Source of the DNA: Pseudomonadota bacterium
GTDB taxonomy: Bacteria > Pseudomonadota > Gammaproteobacteria > Burkholderiales > Burkholderiaceae_C
Direction: 5' to 3'
Assembly (NCBI GenBank): GCA_021815805.1
Contig: JAKAZQ010000003.1
Location: 93,703-157,702 of the forward strand
DNA: 64,000 bases
Positions 39,086 through 48,842 of the stretch are shown here, in pieces (position 1 is the first letter of the stretch; each line of letters opens with the position of its first letter). The translations under genes and the position numbers were made by a program. A model generated the notes under the pieces. The model was not told where the DNA came from, did not search any database, and was given only the letters and a program-made list of their open reading frames with translations.

Positions 39086-39256
39086 GCATCGGCCGGATGC
39101 GCGGCGGGCTGCCCGGCGCCGGCGTCTGCCGTGCTTGCCCGGCTGCGCCAGTCGGGGCGCTGCCACGGCCGGCCGCCAGGCTGCGCTGGCAATTGCTCGA
39201 CAATTGCGCAAAAACCCCGCGTCAAGGCACAATCGTTCGCAGGGCGAGCAAAAATC

Positions 39257-41323
39257 ATGACACGCCACTCCGCAGCTGGAACTTCGTCGACGACAGCGGG
39301 CGCCTCGCGGTTGCATGCGCCACGCCTGCAGGTTCGCGCCGGCCTGCTCGACGAAGGCGACGACGCGACGCGCGACGGCCTGCGGGCCGTGCTGGACGCG
39401 GCCGGCCTGGAGGTATGCGAGGTGGCACCCGACGACGCGCTGGCGCGCGCCGGATCGGCCAAGGCCCTGACGCAGCTGCGATCCTGCGATTTCGTCGTCG
39501 CGCGTCTGGGCTGCGCGCGTGCGGCGGCCACGCTGCTGGCGCGCCTGCAGCGCCGCCCCGATGCGCCGCCGCTGCTGCTGCTGCTGGGCGAGGTCGAGCC
39601 GGCGCAGGAGCTCGAACTGCTCGACAAGGGCTGTGCCTGGGTGCTCGGCGGCGCTCGCCACGACCTGTTGCCGCACGCCGTTCGCCGCATGCGCGACGCC
39701 GCCGCGCAGTTGCGCGCGCTGGGTGACGCCGGTACCCAGCTGCGACGTGTCGGGGAGCGTTTCGAAGCCGTGTTCGCGCATGCCCCGACCTCGGTGCTGG
39801 TGTTCGAGCTCGACGCGTATCGCCTGCTCGAAGCCAACCCGGTGGCCTGCCGCATGTTCGATCTGCCGCAGGCGGGGCTGGACGAGGTCTCGCTGCCTTC
39901 GCTGGTGCATGCGCAGGATCTGGGCGCGCTGCACGCGGCGGTGCGGCAGTTGCGCGATGGCGTGGACACGCGCGTGCGTCTGGAGTTGCGCATGTGCCGG
40001 CGCGACGGTAACGATTTCTGGGGCGACCTCAGCCTGGCCTGCCTGGGCGCGGTCGGCGGGGTTCCCGGAAGCCTGATCGCGCATGTGCTGAACATCAGCC
40101 TGCGCAAGCAGGCCGAGGCCAGCGCCGCGGACACCCAGGCCGAACTCGAGCGCAGGGTGCGCGAGAAGACCGCCGATCTGGTGGTGCAGCGCCGGCGCGT
40201 GGAGTCCCTGTACGCGATCAGCTCGCAGGTCGCGGCGGCGCAGACCATGGCGCAGATGGGCGACGAGTTCGTCGTGGCGCTGCGCCGTCTCGCCGCGGCC
40301 GACGCCGTGGTGTTGCGGCGCTGCGACCCGCAGCAAGGCTTCGGCGAGGTGCTCGCCGCGGCGGGAGTGCCGCGCGAGGAGTGCCTGCTTCCGGGGAACT
40401 GCGATCCGAGCGGCGCCCCGGACGGCGCCTGCGGCATCGACGCGGGCGGCGCGTGGCCGCGCTGCCTGCCGGCGCACGCGCGCCGCATGCTGCGCATGCC
40501 GGTGGTCTCGCAGGGACGCAGGCTCGCCGTGCTGGACCTCGCCTACGCCGGCGACGCGCGCTTGCCGGGCGCCGATGAACTGCCCCTGCTGGAGGCCGCC
40601 GTCGGGCATCTGGCCTCCGGCATGGAGGCGCTGCGCAGTGCGGCCCTCGAGCGCGAGGCGGCCGTCGCCGCCGAGCGCGGGCTGCTGGCGCGTGAATTGC
40701 ACGATTCCATCGCCCAGGCGCTGGCGTTCATGAACATCCAGCTGGAAATCCTGCGCTCCGCCTTGCAGGCCGCGGACGCAGCGCGCACCGCCCACGCGCT
40801 CGAGGAACTCGACGCCGGTTTGCGCGAGAGCTCGGAGGACGTGCGGGAACTGCTGCTGCACTTCCGCACTCGCACCACGGCCGAGGACATCGCGCCGGCG
40901 ATTCGCAGCACGCTGCAGAAGTTCGAGTTGCAGTGCGCCGTGCCGGTGCAACTGGATCTGGACACCCGCGGCCGCAGTCTGGACGCCGATGTGCAGGTGC
41001 AGCTGTTGCACATCCTGCAGGAGGCGCTGTCGAACGTTCGCAAGCACGCCTGCGCCACGCGCGTGCACGTGGTCGTGCGCAGCATCCCGCACTGGCGCAT
41101 CGAGGTGCGCGACGATGGCCGCGGTTTCGACCCGGCGGCGCGCGCGCGCGACGCGCAGGCCCATGTCGGGCTGCAGATCATGCGCGAGCGCGCGGCGCAG
41201 ATCGGCGCCACCGTGCGCCTGCGCTCGCGGCCCGGCGAAGGCACCGAGGTGGTGGTGGAGCGCGCGCCGCCGCATGCGGCGGCCGGCGCCGGCGAACGGA
41301 GGCTGCATGTCGGGGGTGCCTGA
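39257..41323 (+). CDS. NarX-like cytoplasmic histidine kinase (pseudo-receiver, PAS, GAF, HisKA_3, HATPase)
   Basis: ERGLLARELHDSIAQAL H-box, QEALSNVRKHA, DDGRGF, HVGLQIMRERA; no TM segments. Confidence 0.9.
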   Translation: MTRHSAAGTSSTTAGASRLHAPRLQVRAGLLDEGDDATRDGLRAVLDAAGLEVCEVAPDDALARAGSAKALTQLRSCDFVVARLGCARAAATLLARLQRRPDAPPLLLLLGEVEPAQELELLDKGCAWVLGGARHDLLPHAVRRMRDAAAQLRALGDAGTQLRRVGERFEAVFAHAPTSVLVFELDAYRLLEANPVACRMFDLPQAGLDEVSLPSLVHAQDLGALHAAVRQLRDGVDTRVRLELRMCRRDGNDFWGDLSLACLGAVGGVPGSLIAHVLNISLRKQAEASAADTQAELERRVREKTADLVVQRRRVESLYAISSQVAAAQTMAQMGDEFVVALRRLAAADAVVLRRCDPQQGFGEVLAAAGVPREECLLPGNCDPSGAPDGACGIDAGGAWPRCLPAHARRMLRMPVVSQGRRLAVLDLAYAGDARLPGADELPLLEAAVGHLASGMEALRSAALEREAAVAAERGLLARELHDSIAQALAFMNIQLEILRSALQAADAARTAHALEELDAGLRESSEDVRELLLHFRTRTTAEDIAPAIRSTLQKFELQCAVPVQLDLDTRGRSLDADVQVQLLHILQEALSNVRKHACATRVHVVVRSIPHWRIEVRDDGRGFDPAARARDAQAHVGLQIMRERAAQIGATVRLRSRPGEGTEVVVERAPPHAAAGAGERRLHVGGA

Positions 41324-41999
41324 GGCGCGCGTGCTGCTGGTCGACGACCATGCGCTGTTCCGGCGCGGGCTCGCGGCGCTGCTGGCGGAGCAGCCGGACC
41401 TGAGCCTGGTCGGCGAGGCCGGCGACGTCAACGAGGCGCTGCGCCTGGCCCATGCGCTGCAGCCGGAGCTGGTGCTGCTCGACAACCACCTGCCGGGGGT
41501 GCCCGGGGTGCAGGCGATCGAGCCGCTGCGCGGCTGCGCGCCCGCCGCGCGCGTGCTCATGCTCACGGTGAGCGAGTCGGTGGAGGACCTGCGCACCGCG
41601 CTGCGCAGCGGCGCCGCCGGCTATGTGCTCAAGAGCTGCGCCCCCGCCGAACTGCTCGGGGCGATGCGCCGTGCCCTGCTCGGCGAGACCGTGATCGGCA
41701 GCGGGCTGTCGACCAAGGTGATGCAGGCCTTCGCGCCCGAGCCGGCGCCGGCGCCGGCTTCGGAGCATCGCGCGCTGGCTGTCGACGACGTGTTCGCCTG
41801 CCTGAGCGCGCGCGAGCACGCCGTCGCGCAGGCCATCGCGCGCGGCGCGAGCAACAAGCGCATCGCACTCGACCTCGACATGGCGGAGGCCACCGTGAAG
41901 GCCCATGTGCGGGTGATCCTGCGCAAGCTCGGGCTGCGCTCGAGGGTGCAGATCGCGGTGCTCGCCAGCGGCGCGGCAGGCGGTATCCGAAAGGACTAG
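41307..41999 (+). CDS. NarL/FixJ-family response regulator
   Basis: VLLVDDHALFRRGL, LLDNHLPG, YVLKS, LuxR HTH LSAREHAV..GASNKRIA...TVKAHV. Confidence 0.92.
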   Translation: MSGVPEARVLLVDDHALFRRGLAALLAEQPDLSLVGEAGDVNEALRLAHALQPELVLLDNHLPGVPGVQAIEPLRGCAPAARVLMLTVSESVEDLRTALRSGAAGYVLKSCAPAELLGAMRRALLGETVIGSGLSTKVMQAFAPEPAPAPASEHRALAVDDVFACLSAREHAVAQAIARGASNKRIALDLDMAEATVKAHVRVILRKLGLRSRVQIAVLASGAAGGIRKD

Positions 42000-42114
42000 T
42001 CCCTGCGCGCCGTGGCGAACGGCCGTGCGGTGGATGGTCCGGGAGCAGCTGCCCGCCTAGAGTGAGGGCGTCGGTCGGGCGTCGTGCAGCCGGGCCGCCT
42101 CCGAGTCCCTGCCC

Positions 42115-42960
42115 GTGTCCCTCCTGCCCGTCCCCATCGCCATCGAAGCCGCTCGCTTCGCGAGTTCCGAGCGCGACTTCCAGCGTGTGTGCGACTGGCT
42201 GCGCCAGCAGTGCGGCATGGACTACCGCGAGAACAAGCGCGAGCTGCTGGAGCATCGCATGCGGCGCGTCTGCGAGCGCGAGCAACTGGCTTCGATGGGC
42301 GAGCTGGCCGAGCGCCTGGAGCGCGGCGGCGACACCGCGCTGCAGCTTTCGGTGCTGCACGCGGCGTCGACCAACCACACCTATTTCTACCGCGAGCCGC
42401 AGGTGCTGCAGTTTTTCGCGCAGGTCATCCTGCCGGCGCTGCGACCGGGCGACCTGCGCATGTGGAGCGCCGCGGCATCGTCGGGCGACGAGGCCTACAC
42501 CGCGGCCATGCTCGCGGCGCAGGCCTACGGCCTCGACGCCGCGTCCTGCGGGGTATCGATTCTCGGCACCGACATCAGCGCCGTGATGATCGAGGCCGCC
42601 GAGCAGGCGGTGTATCCGGCGTCGCGCCTGAGCGCGCTGCCGGCGCCGTTGCGCGAGCGCTACCTCGAGGAGTTGCCGCAGGCGCGACTGCGCGTGGCGG
42701 CGCCGATTCGCGCCATGTGCACCTTCCGGCGCCTGAACCTGAAGAGCATGCCGCTGCCGTTCCAGCGCAACTTCCATGTCGTGTTCTGCCGCAACGTGCT
42801 GTACTACTTCGACCGGCAGCAGCAGCGCGCCACGGTGGAGGCCATCTACGACGTCACCGAACGCGGCGGCTGGCTGCTGACCAGCGTCACCGAGCCGCTG
42901 CGCGACCTGAACTCGCGCTGGACCCAGGTGCAAAGCGGCGTGTATCGCCGGCTGGACTGA
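42115..42960 (+). CDS. cheR: chemotaxis methyltransferase CheR
   Basis: TNHTYFYRE, WSAAASSGDEAYT, GTDIS, VFCRNVLYYFD. Confidence 0.93.
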   Translation: MSLLPVPIAIEAARFASSERDFQRVCDWLRQQCGMDYRENKRELLEHRMRRVCEREQLASMGELAERLERGGDTALQLSVLHAASTNHTYFYREPQVLQFFAQVILPALRPGDLRMWSAAASSGDEAYTAAMLAAQAYGLDAASCGVSILGTDISAVMIEAAEQAVYPASRLSALPAPLRERYLEELPQARLRVAAPIRAMCTFRRLNLKSMPLPFQRNFHVVFCRNVLYYFDRQQQRATVEAIYDVTERGGWLLTSVTEPLRDLNSRWTQVQSGVYRRLD

Positions 42961-42961
42961 C

Positions 42962-44065
42962 ATGAAGCCGCCGCGGATCCTGCGCGTGCTCGTGGTCGAC
43001 GCCTCGCCGACCCGCAGGCGCCTGATGTGCCGGGCGATCGCCGCCGATGCCGGGCTCGAGGTGCTGGCGCAAGCCGCCGACGCGTGGGCCGCGCGCGACG
43101 CCCTGGTGCTGCAGGAACCCGATGTCGTGGTGCTCGACCTGGAACTGCCGGGCATCGACGGGCTCGCGCTGCTCGGGCGCTACATGCCGACGCTGCCGAC
43201 TCCGACGGTGGTGCTCGACGCGGGCCGTGCCGCCGACAAGGCGCGCCTGGCGCAGGCGCTTGCCGCCGGCGCCGCCGGCGTCGCGCCGCGGCCCTGCGCG
43301 GACGATCCGACACGCCGGCAGCGTCAGCTCGACCTGCTGCTGTCGCGCATCAAGGCGGCCGCGCGCGGCCGCCCCGGCGCGGCGCCGGCCGACCCCGCGC
43401 GCACCGACGACACCACGCAGCGCGCCAGCGAGCGACTGATCGCGGTGGGATCGTCCACCGGCGGCGTCGAGGCGCTGCACCAACTGTTGCCGGCGTTCGA
43501 CGAGCAGACGCCGGGCATGGTCATCGTGCAGCACATGCCGGCCGGCTTCACGGGCTCGCTGGCGCGTCGCCTCGACGGCCTCGGGCGCCTGCGCGTGCGC
43601 GAGGCGAGCGACGGCGATCGCGTATTGCGCGGCCACGCGCTGCTGGCCCCCGGCGGCACGCGGCACATGGTGCTGGTGCGCGCCGGAGCGCAATTCCGCG
43701 TGCGCCTGGTCGAAGGCGCGCCGGTGAACTACAGCCGCCCGTCGGTGGACGTGCTGTTCGAGTCCGTCGCCGCGCAGGCGGGGGCGCGCGCCGCGGCCAT
43801 CCTGCTCACCGGCATGGGACGCGACGGCGCCGCCGGGATGCTGGCGATCCGGCGCAGCGGCGGCCATACGGTGGCGCAGGACGAGGCCACGTCGGTCGTG
43901 TTCGGCATGCCGCAGATGGCGCGCCGCATGGGCGCCGCCGAGGCGGTGGCGCCGCTGTCGTCGATTCCGGCGACCCTCGCAAGACTCATGGCGTCGCAGC
44001 GTCCTGCCGCGGCGCGCCCCCCCACGAACGCAGGAGAACTCCATGACGCAAAACCAGGAATTTGA
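42962..44065 (+). CDS. cheB: chemotaxis methylesterase CheB with atypical receiver domain
   Basis: Catalytic GSSTGG, VQHMP, YSRPSVDVLF, LTGMGRDG intact. Confidence 0.93.
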   Translation: MKPPRILRVLVVDASPTRRRLMCRAIAADAGLEVLAQAADAWAARDALVLQEPDVVVLDLELPGIDGLALLGRYMPTLPTPTVVLDAGRAADKARLAQALAAGAAGVAPRPCADDPTRRQRQLDLLLSRIKAAARGRPGAAPADPARTDDTTQRASERLIAVGSSTGGVEALHQLLPAFDEQTPGMVIVQHMPAGFTGSLARRLDGLGRLRVREASDGDRVLRGHALLAPGGTRHMVLVRAGAQFRVRLVEGAPVNYSRPSVDVLFESVAAQAGARAAAILLTGMGRDGAAGMLAIRRSGGHTVAQDEATSVVFGMPQMARRMGAAEAVAPLSSIPATLARLMASQRPAAARPPTNAGELHDAKPGI

Positions 44066-44579
44066 GCGAAGCAGCGACCGGCTCGATGCCGAACCGGGCG
44101 ATGAATACACCGAACTGGTGTTTCGCGACGACGACAACGTCGACGACATGTACCTGACCTTCGGCGTCGCCACGGAGGAATACGGCATCGGCATCGGCTA
44201 CGTCACCGAGATCGTCAGCATGCAGCACATCGTGCAGATCCCGGAGTCGGCCCCGTCGATCAAGGGAATCATCAATCTGCGGGGCAAGGTGATTCCGGTG
44301 ATGGACCTGCGCCTGCGCTTCGGCCTGGAGACCAAGGAATACACCGAGCGCACGGTGATCATCGTGCTGTCGGTCAACGAAGTACCGGTCGGCCTGGTGG
44401 TCGACCATGTCAGCGAGGTGCTGGAGATTCCTCCGGCGCATATCGATACCGCCGTGCAGACCGGCGGCCGCGGCGCGTCCATGATCCGCGGCTTCGGCAA
44501 GCAGGCCAACCGTTTTGCCGCGATCGTCGACGTCGAGCGCATGCTCGAGGGCCAGTTGTCGGCGCCGCAATTGCATTGA
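44043..44579 (+). CDS. cheW: chemotaxis coupling protein CheW
   Basis: [46 protein letters not shown]. Confidence 0.95.
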   Translation: MTQNQEFERSSDRLDAEPGDEYTELVFRDDDNVDDMYLTFGVATEEYGIGIGYVTEIVSMQHIVQIPESAPSIKGIINLRGKVIPVMDLRLRFGLETKEYTERTVIIVLSVNEVPVGLVVDHVSEVLEIPPAHIDTAVQTGGRGASMIRGFGKQANRFAAIVDVERMLEGQLSAPQLH

Positions 44580-44601
44580 ACCGCGAACCAAGGAGTCCAC
44601 C

Positions 44602-47016
44602 GTGAACGCCGTAGTCCAGTCTCCCTTCGATGGCGCCGTCGCCTGCCTGCGGGCCATGACCCAGCCGCTCATGCTGGCGGATGCCGATCTCACCATCCGC
44701 ATGGTCAACCAGGCCGCGAACCAGATGTTCCAGCGCCTCGAGCCCGAGATCCGCAAGGATCGCCCCGGCTTCGACGCCTCCCGCCTGGTCGGCCAGTCGA
44801 TCGACAGCTTCCACGCCCGCGGCGCGACCACGCGCCGCTCGGTGGAGAATCTGACGCAGCCGATGAGCGCCGAATTCCAGCTCGGCGACGCCCACCTGTG
44901 CTGCAGCATCGATCCGGTGTTCGACGAGCATGGCGAGCGCATCGCCACCATCGTCGAGTGGCGGGAGCAGCGCGCCGACGAGCAGACCGCGCGTCTGCTC
45001 GAGGATCTCGAGACCGTCTCGCGCCTGCACCAGCAGGGCGAGATCGACGCGGTCGTGGACAGCTCGCGCCACCGCGGCGCGTTCGCCAGCGTGGCCGAAG
45101 CCGTGAACACCATGGTCGGCGGCCACATCGCCGTGAAGCGCGCAGCCATGGCCTGCGTGGCGCAGATCGCCGACGGCAACTTCGATGCGCCGCTGGAGCG
45201 CTTCCCCGGCAAGAAGGCCTTCATCAACGACACCATCGAGAAGCTGCGCGCCAACCTGCGCGGGATGATCGACGCGATGAACCAGATGTCCCGCGAGCAC
45301 GACAAGGGCGACATCGATGTGTTCATCGACGCCGCGCGCTTCGGCGGCGCCTTCGGCACCATGGCCACCGGCATCAACAACATGGTGGCCGGGCACATCG
45401 CCGTGAAACGGAAGGCGATGGCCTGCGTGGCCGGCTTCGCGCATGGCGATTTCGACGCCGAACTGGAGCGCTTCCCGGGCAAGAAGGCCTTCATCAACGA
45501 CACCATCGAGACCCTGCGCGGCAACCTCAAGCAGCTGGTCGCCGAACTGCAGCGCCTGATCACCGCGTCCGGCGAGGGCAAGCTCGGCGAACGCGCCCGC
45601 ACCGGCAGCCTGGAAGGCGATTTCGCCGGGCTGGTCGGCGGCATCAACCGCATGCTCGACGAGATCCTGCTGCCGATCGCCGAGGGCAATCGCATCCTGC
45701 GCCAGATCCGCGGCGGCAACCTGCGCGAGAAGGTCGAGATCGCCTGCAAGGGCGACCACGAGCAGATGAAAAACGCCGTGAACGGCGTGCATGCCTGGCT
45801 CGAGAAGCTGATCAGCTTTGTCACGCATGTCGCCAACGGCGACCTCGAGGTCGAGATGGCCAAGGCCTCCGACGACGACCAGATCCACGAGTGGCTGATG
45901 CTGCTGAAGACCAACATCGCGAACATCGCGCGCGACACCGCCGACCTGTCGCAGGCGATCGTCGACGGCCAGCTCGATCGCAGCGTGGACGCCAGCGCCT
46001 ATGCCGGCGAGTATCGCAGGATCATCGAAGCCTTCGGGCGCGCCTTCGACGGCCTGAACGCCACGTTCGCGCAGGTCGTGGATGCGGTGGAGCAGGTCAG
46101 CGAGGCGTCGCAGCAACTGAGCGCGGCGTCGCAGGACATGGCATCCTCGTCCGAGGAGCAGTCGTCGGCGGTGGAGGAGGTGACCGCCAGCCTGGAGCAG
46201 ACCGACAGCCAGGTGAAGGCCAACACCGACAACGCCAACAGCGCCAACAAGCTGGTCAATGAAGCTTCCCAGTTCGCCTCCAACGGACAGGAGAAGATGG
46301 CGTCGATGAGCGAGTCCATGGCATCGATCAACGCATCGTCGCAGAACATCGCCAAGATCATCAAGGTCATCGACGAGATCGCGTTCCAGACCAATATCCT
46401 GGCGCTGAACGCCGCCGTGGAGGCGGCGCGCGCCGGGCAGCACGGCCGCGGCTTCGCGGTGGTCGCGCAGGAGGTGCGCAACCTGGCCGGGCGCAGCGCC
46501 AAGGCGGCGCGCGAGACCGCCGAGTTGATCGACGACTCGTCGAAGCGCGTCACCCAGGGGGTGGCGATCGCGGCCGAGACGAGCAGCGCGCTGCAGGCGA
46601 TCGTCGGCAACGTGATGCAGGTGCGCGAACTGGTGGGTGAGATCGCCACGGCGAGCGCCGAGCAGTCACGCGGCGTGTCGCAGATCAACACCGCAATGGG
46701 CCAGGTGGCGACGGCGGCGCAGCAGGGCAGCCAGCAGGCCGAGGAGCTGGCCTCCTCGTCGTCGCAGCTGAGCAGCGTGTCGGCGCAGCTGCGCGAGGAG
46801 ATGGCGCGCTTCAAGCTGCGCCCGCGCCAGCTCGCCGCACTCCAGGTGCCTGGGCTGGGCGAACTCAGCCCGGAGCAGCTGCGCCAGCTCAAGGCATTGC
46901 TCGGCCTGCAGGAGGCGCCGGCGCCGCGCGCCGCCGCGCGCCCGGCGGCACGCTCGCGGGTGCCCGGAAGGGTGCTGCCGCTGGACGCCGACGAACGCGG
47001 CTTCAAGCACTTCTGA
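44602..47016 (+). CDS. soluble Aer2-like chemoreceptor (PAS, poly-HAMP, MA, C-terminal pentapeptide)
   Basis: AGGAG RBS and GTG start; PAS SIDSFH...IVEW; repeated HAMP units; [37 protein letters not shown]; ends GFKHF. Confidence 0.93.
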   Translation: MNAVVQSPFDGAVACLRAMTQPLMLADADLTIRMVNQAANQMFQRLEPEIRKDRPGFDASRLVGQSIDSFHARGATTRRSVENLTQPMSAEFQLGDAHLCCSIDPVFDEHGERIATIVEWREQRADEQTARLLEDLETVSRLHQQGEIDAVVDSSRHRGAFASVAEAVNTMVGGHIAVKRAAMACVAQIADGNFDAPLERFPGKKAFINDTIEKLRANLRGMIDAMNQMSREHDKGDIDVFIDAARFGGAFGTMATGINNMVAGHIAVKRKAMACVAGFAHGDFDAELERFPGKKAFINDTIETLRGNLKQLVAELQRLITASGEGKLGERARTGSLEGDFAGLVGGINRMLDEILLPIAEGNRILRQIRGGNLREKVEIACKGDHEQMKNAVNGVHAWLEKLISFVTHVANGDLEVEMAKASDDDQIHEWLMLLKTNIANIARDTADLSQAIVDGQLDRSVDASAYAGEYRRIIEAFGRAFDGLNATFAQVVDAVEQVSEASQQLSAASQDMASSSEEQSSAVEEVTASLEQTDSQVKANTDNANSANKLVNEASQFASNGQEKMASMSESMASINASSQNIAKIIKVIDEIAFQTNILALNAAVEAARAGQHGRGFAVVAQEVRNLAGRSAKAARETAELIDDSSKRVTQGVAIAAETSSALQAIVGNVMQVRELVGEIATASAEQSRGVSQINTAMGQVATAAQQGSQQAEELASSSSQLSSVSAQLREEMARFKLRPRQLAALQVPGLGELSPEQLRQLKALLGLQEAPAPRAAARPAARSRVPGRVLPLDADERGFKHF

Positions 47017-47068
47017 CACGGCGCGGAGCAGCAGCGTGGCGCAGGCGGGCGCAAGCGGCGGGGCGGCC

Positions 47069-48103
47069 ATGACTGCGCAGTCGGCCATGGGCGCCTTGTA
47101 CCGCGCACTGGTGTTCGATGCCGATGCGCTGCTCGCGCCGCCGAGCGCGGATCACGCGCTGCACGCGGTATGCCGCATCATGCTCTGCGGCTCGGTGTTC
47201 GGGCAGGCCGCGCTGCTCAGGCCGGGCAGCGGCGTGCTGCGCTGGGAGAGCGTGCATGTGCAGGGCGACGACGACGCGCTGACGCAGCGCGCCGAGGTGT
47301 GCGAAGCGGCAGCGCGCAGCTGGGAGCGTGGCAGCGTGGAGCAGGCGCGCCGGCCGGGCGAGCCGGCGCGCTTCCTCGTCGCGCCGGTGCGTCGCGCCGG
47401 CAAGGCCCATCTGTTGCTGGCGCTGCGCGGCGTCGGCGCGGCCGAGATGCCCGCCGAAGCCCCCGCGCTGGTCGGCTGGGTCGCCGAGTTGCTCGGCCGC
47501 GCGCTCGACGACATCGACCTGAAGGCTTCGCTGATGCTCGACTGCGCGCGACAGGGCTATGCGGCACGCCATGACGCGGTGACCGCGCTGCCCAATGCGC
47601 GCGCCTTCACGGAACGCGTGCAGCGCGAGGCCGCGCTGGCGCAGGAGCGTGGCGCCTGCTTCGCCGTGGCGCTGCTGCGTCGCGGCCGGCGTGTGGCCGT
47701 TGCGGGCGCCGACGACGCGGCCGTGCGTGCGCTCGCGCAGCGTCTGCGTGGGCGCTTGCGCCGTGGCGACTATCTCGCGCGCATCGGCGACGATCTGTTC
47801 GGCGTGCTGCTGCGCGGGCTCGACGCGCGCCAGCCGCGCCAGGAGCTGGAGCGCCTGCTGCCGGTGCTGCTGCAGGACCGCGGTGCCGGCGCGCCGGCGT
47901 CGCGCGGGAGTGGCATGCTGCGCGCCGGACTCGCGCTGGCCGGCGCCGCGGGTACGCCGCAGGGAGACCTGCTGACGCTGGCGCGCCAGGCGCTGGCGGC
48001 CGCCGAGACAGCCTCCGGCCGGGGGCCGCGCTGGCGTGTGCTGCAGCCGGCACCGGTGGCGCCGCTGGCCGCCGCCGCAGCGGCTCGCGGGGGCCTGCCG
48101 TGA
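47069..48103 (+). CDS. GAF plus degenerate GGDEF protein
   Basis: RHDAVTALPNARAF...GDYLARIGDDLFGVLL; active-site motif degenerate. Confidence 0.65.
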   Translation: MTAQSAMGALYRALVFDADALLAPPSADHALHAVCRIMLCGSVFGQAALLRPGSGVLRWESVHVQGDDDALTQRAEVCEAAARSWERGSVEQARRPGEPARFLVAPVRRAGKAHLLLALRGVGAAEMPAEAPALVGWVAELLGRALDDIDLKASLMLDCARQGYAARHDAVTALPNARAFTERVQREAALAQERGACFAVALLRRGRRVAVAGADDAAVRALAQRLRGRLRRGDYLARIGDDLFGVLLRGLDARQPRQELERLLPVLLQDRGAGAPASRGSGMLRAGLALAGAAGTPQGDLLTLARQALAAAETASGRGPRWRVLQPAPVAPLAAAAAARGGLP

Positions 48104-48128
48104 GCGCGGCCCGGACGCCGGCGCCGGT

Positions 48129-48842
48129 TCAGCGTGCGGCGCGGTCGTCGGCCGGCGCGCCGGGCGCCTGCAGCAGCGCCGGGAGTTCGGCCAGGCTGCG
48201 GATTTCGTGATCCGGAGAGCCCGGCAGGCACTCGCGACGCTGGCCGTAGCGGTTGCACCAGACCACGCGCATGCCGAAGTCCGACGCGGCGAACGCGTCC
48301 CACGCGTTGGAGGACTGGAACGACACCTGGTCCGCCGCCAGCCCGAGCTGCTGCAGGCCGTACTCGTAGACCCGCGGGTGGGTCTTGAACACCTTCACGG
48401 CGTCGGCCGAGAGCACCGCATCGAGCAGGCCGTGCAGCCCGGCGCCGCGCACCGCGGCGTCGAGCATGGCGGGCGAGCCGTTCGACAGGATGGCGGTGAC
48501 GAATCCTGCCTCGCGCAGCCGGCGCAGGGTATCGGCCACTTCGGGGAAGGCCGACAGCGTGCCGTACAGATCCATCAGGCGCTGGCGCAGCGCCGGCGTC
48601 GCGATGCCGAGACTGTCCAGCGCGAAGTCCAGCGCCTCCCCGGTGACTTGCCAGAAGTCGGCGTAGCGCCCCTGCAGCGAACGCAGCCAGGTGTATTGCA
48701 GCTGCTTGTCGCGCCAGGTGGCGGTGAGCGCGGCGCGCTTGTCGTCGGGAATGTCGGGACAGCGCGCGGCGGCCGAGGCGAAATCGAAGATCGTGCCGTA
48801 GGCGTCGAACACGCAGGCACGGATTCCCTGGAGCTGCGTCAT
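48129..48842 (-). CDS. haloacid dehalogenase type II (HAD superfamily)
   Basis: VFDAYGTIFD, WRDKQLQYTWLRSL, ILSNGS, FKTHPRVY, FQSSNAWD. Confidence 0.92.
   Translation of the reverse strand: MTQLQGIRACVFDAYGTIFDFASAAARCPDIPDDKRAALTATWRDKQLQYTWLRSLQGRYADFWQVTGEALDFALDSLGIATPALRQRLMDLYGTLSAFPEVADTLRRLREAGFVTAILSNGSPAMLDAAVRGAGLHGLLDAVLSADAVKVFKTHPRVYEYGLQQLGLAADQVSFQSSNAWDAFAASDFGMRVVWCNRYGQRRECLPGSPDHEIRSLAELPALLQAPGAPADDRAAR

Noticed and set aside
35951-41596. 1881-aa minus-strand ORF
   Set aside because: Antisense shadow of the EAL protein and kinase genes; no motifs.
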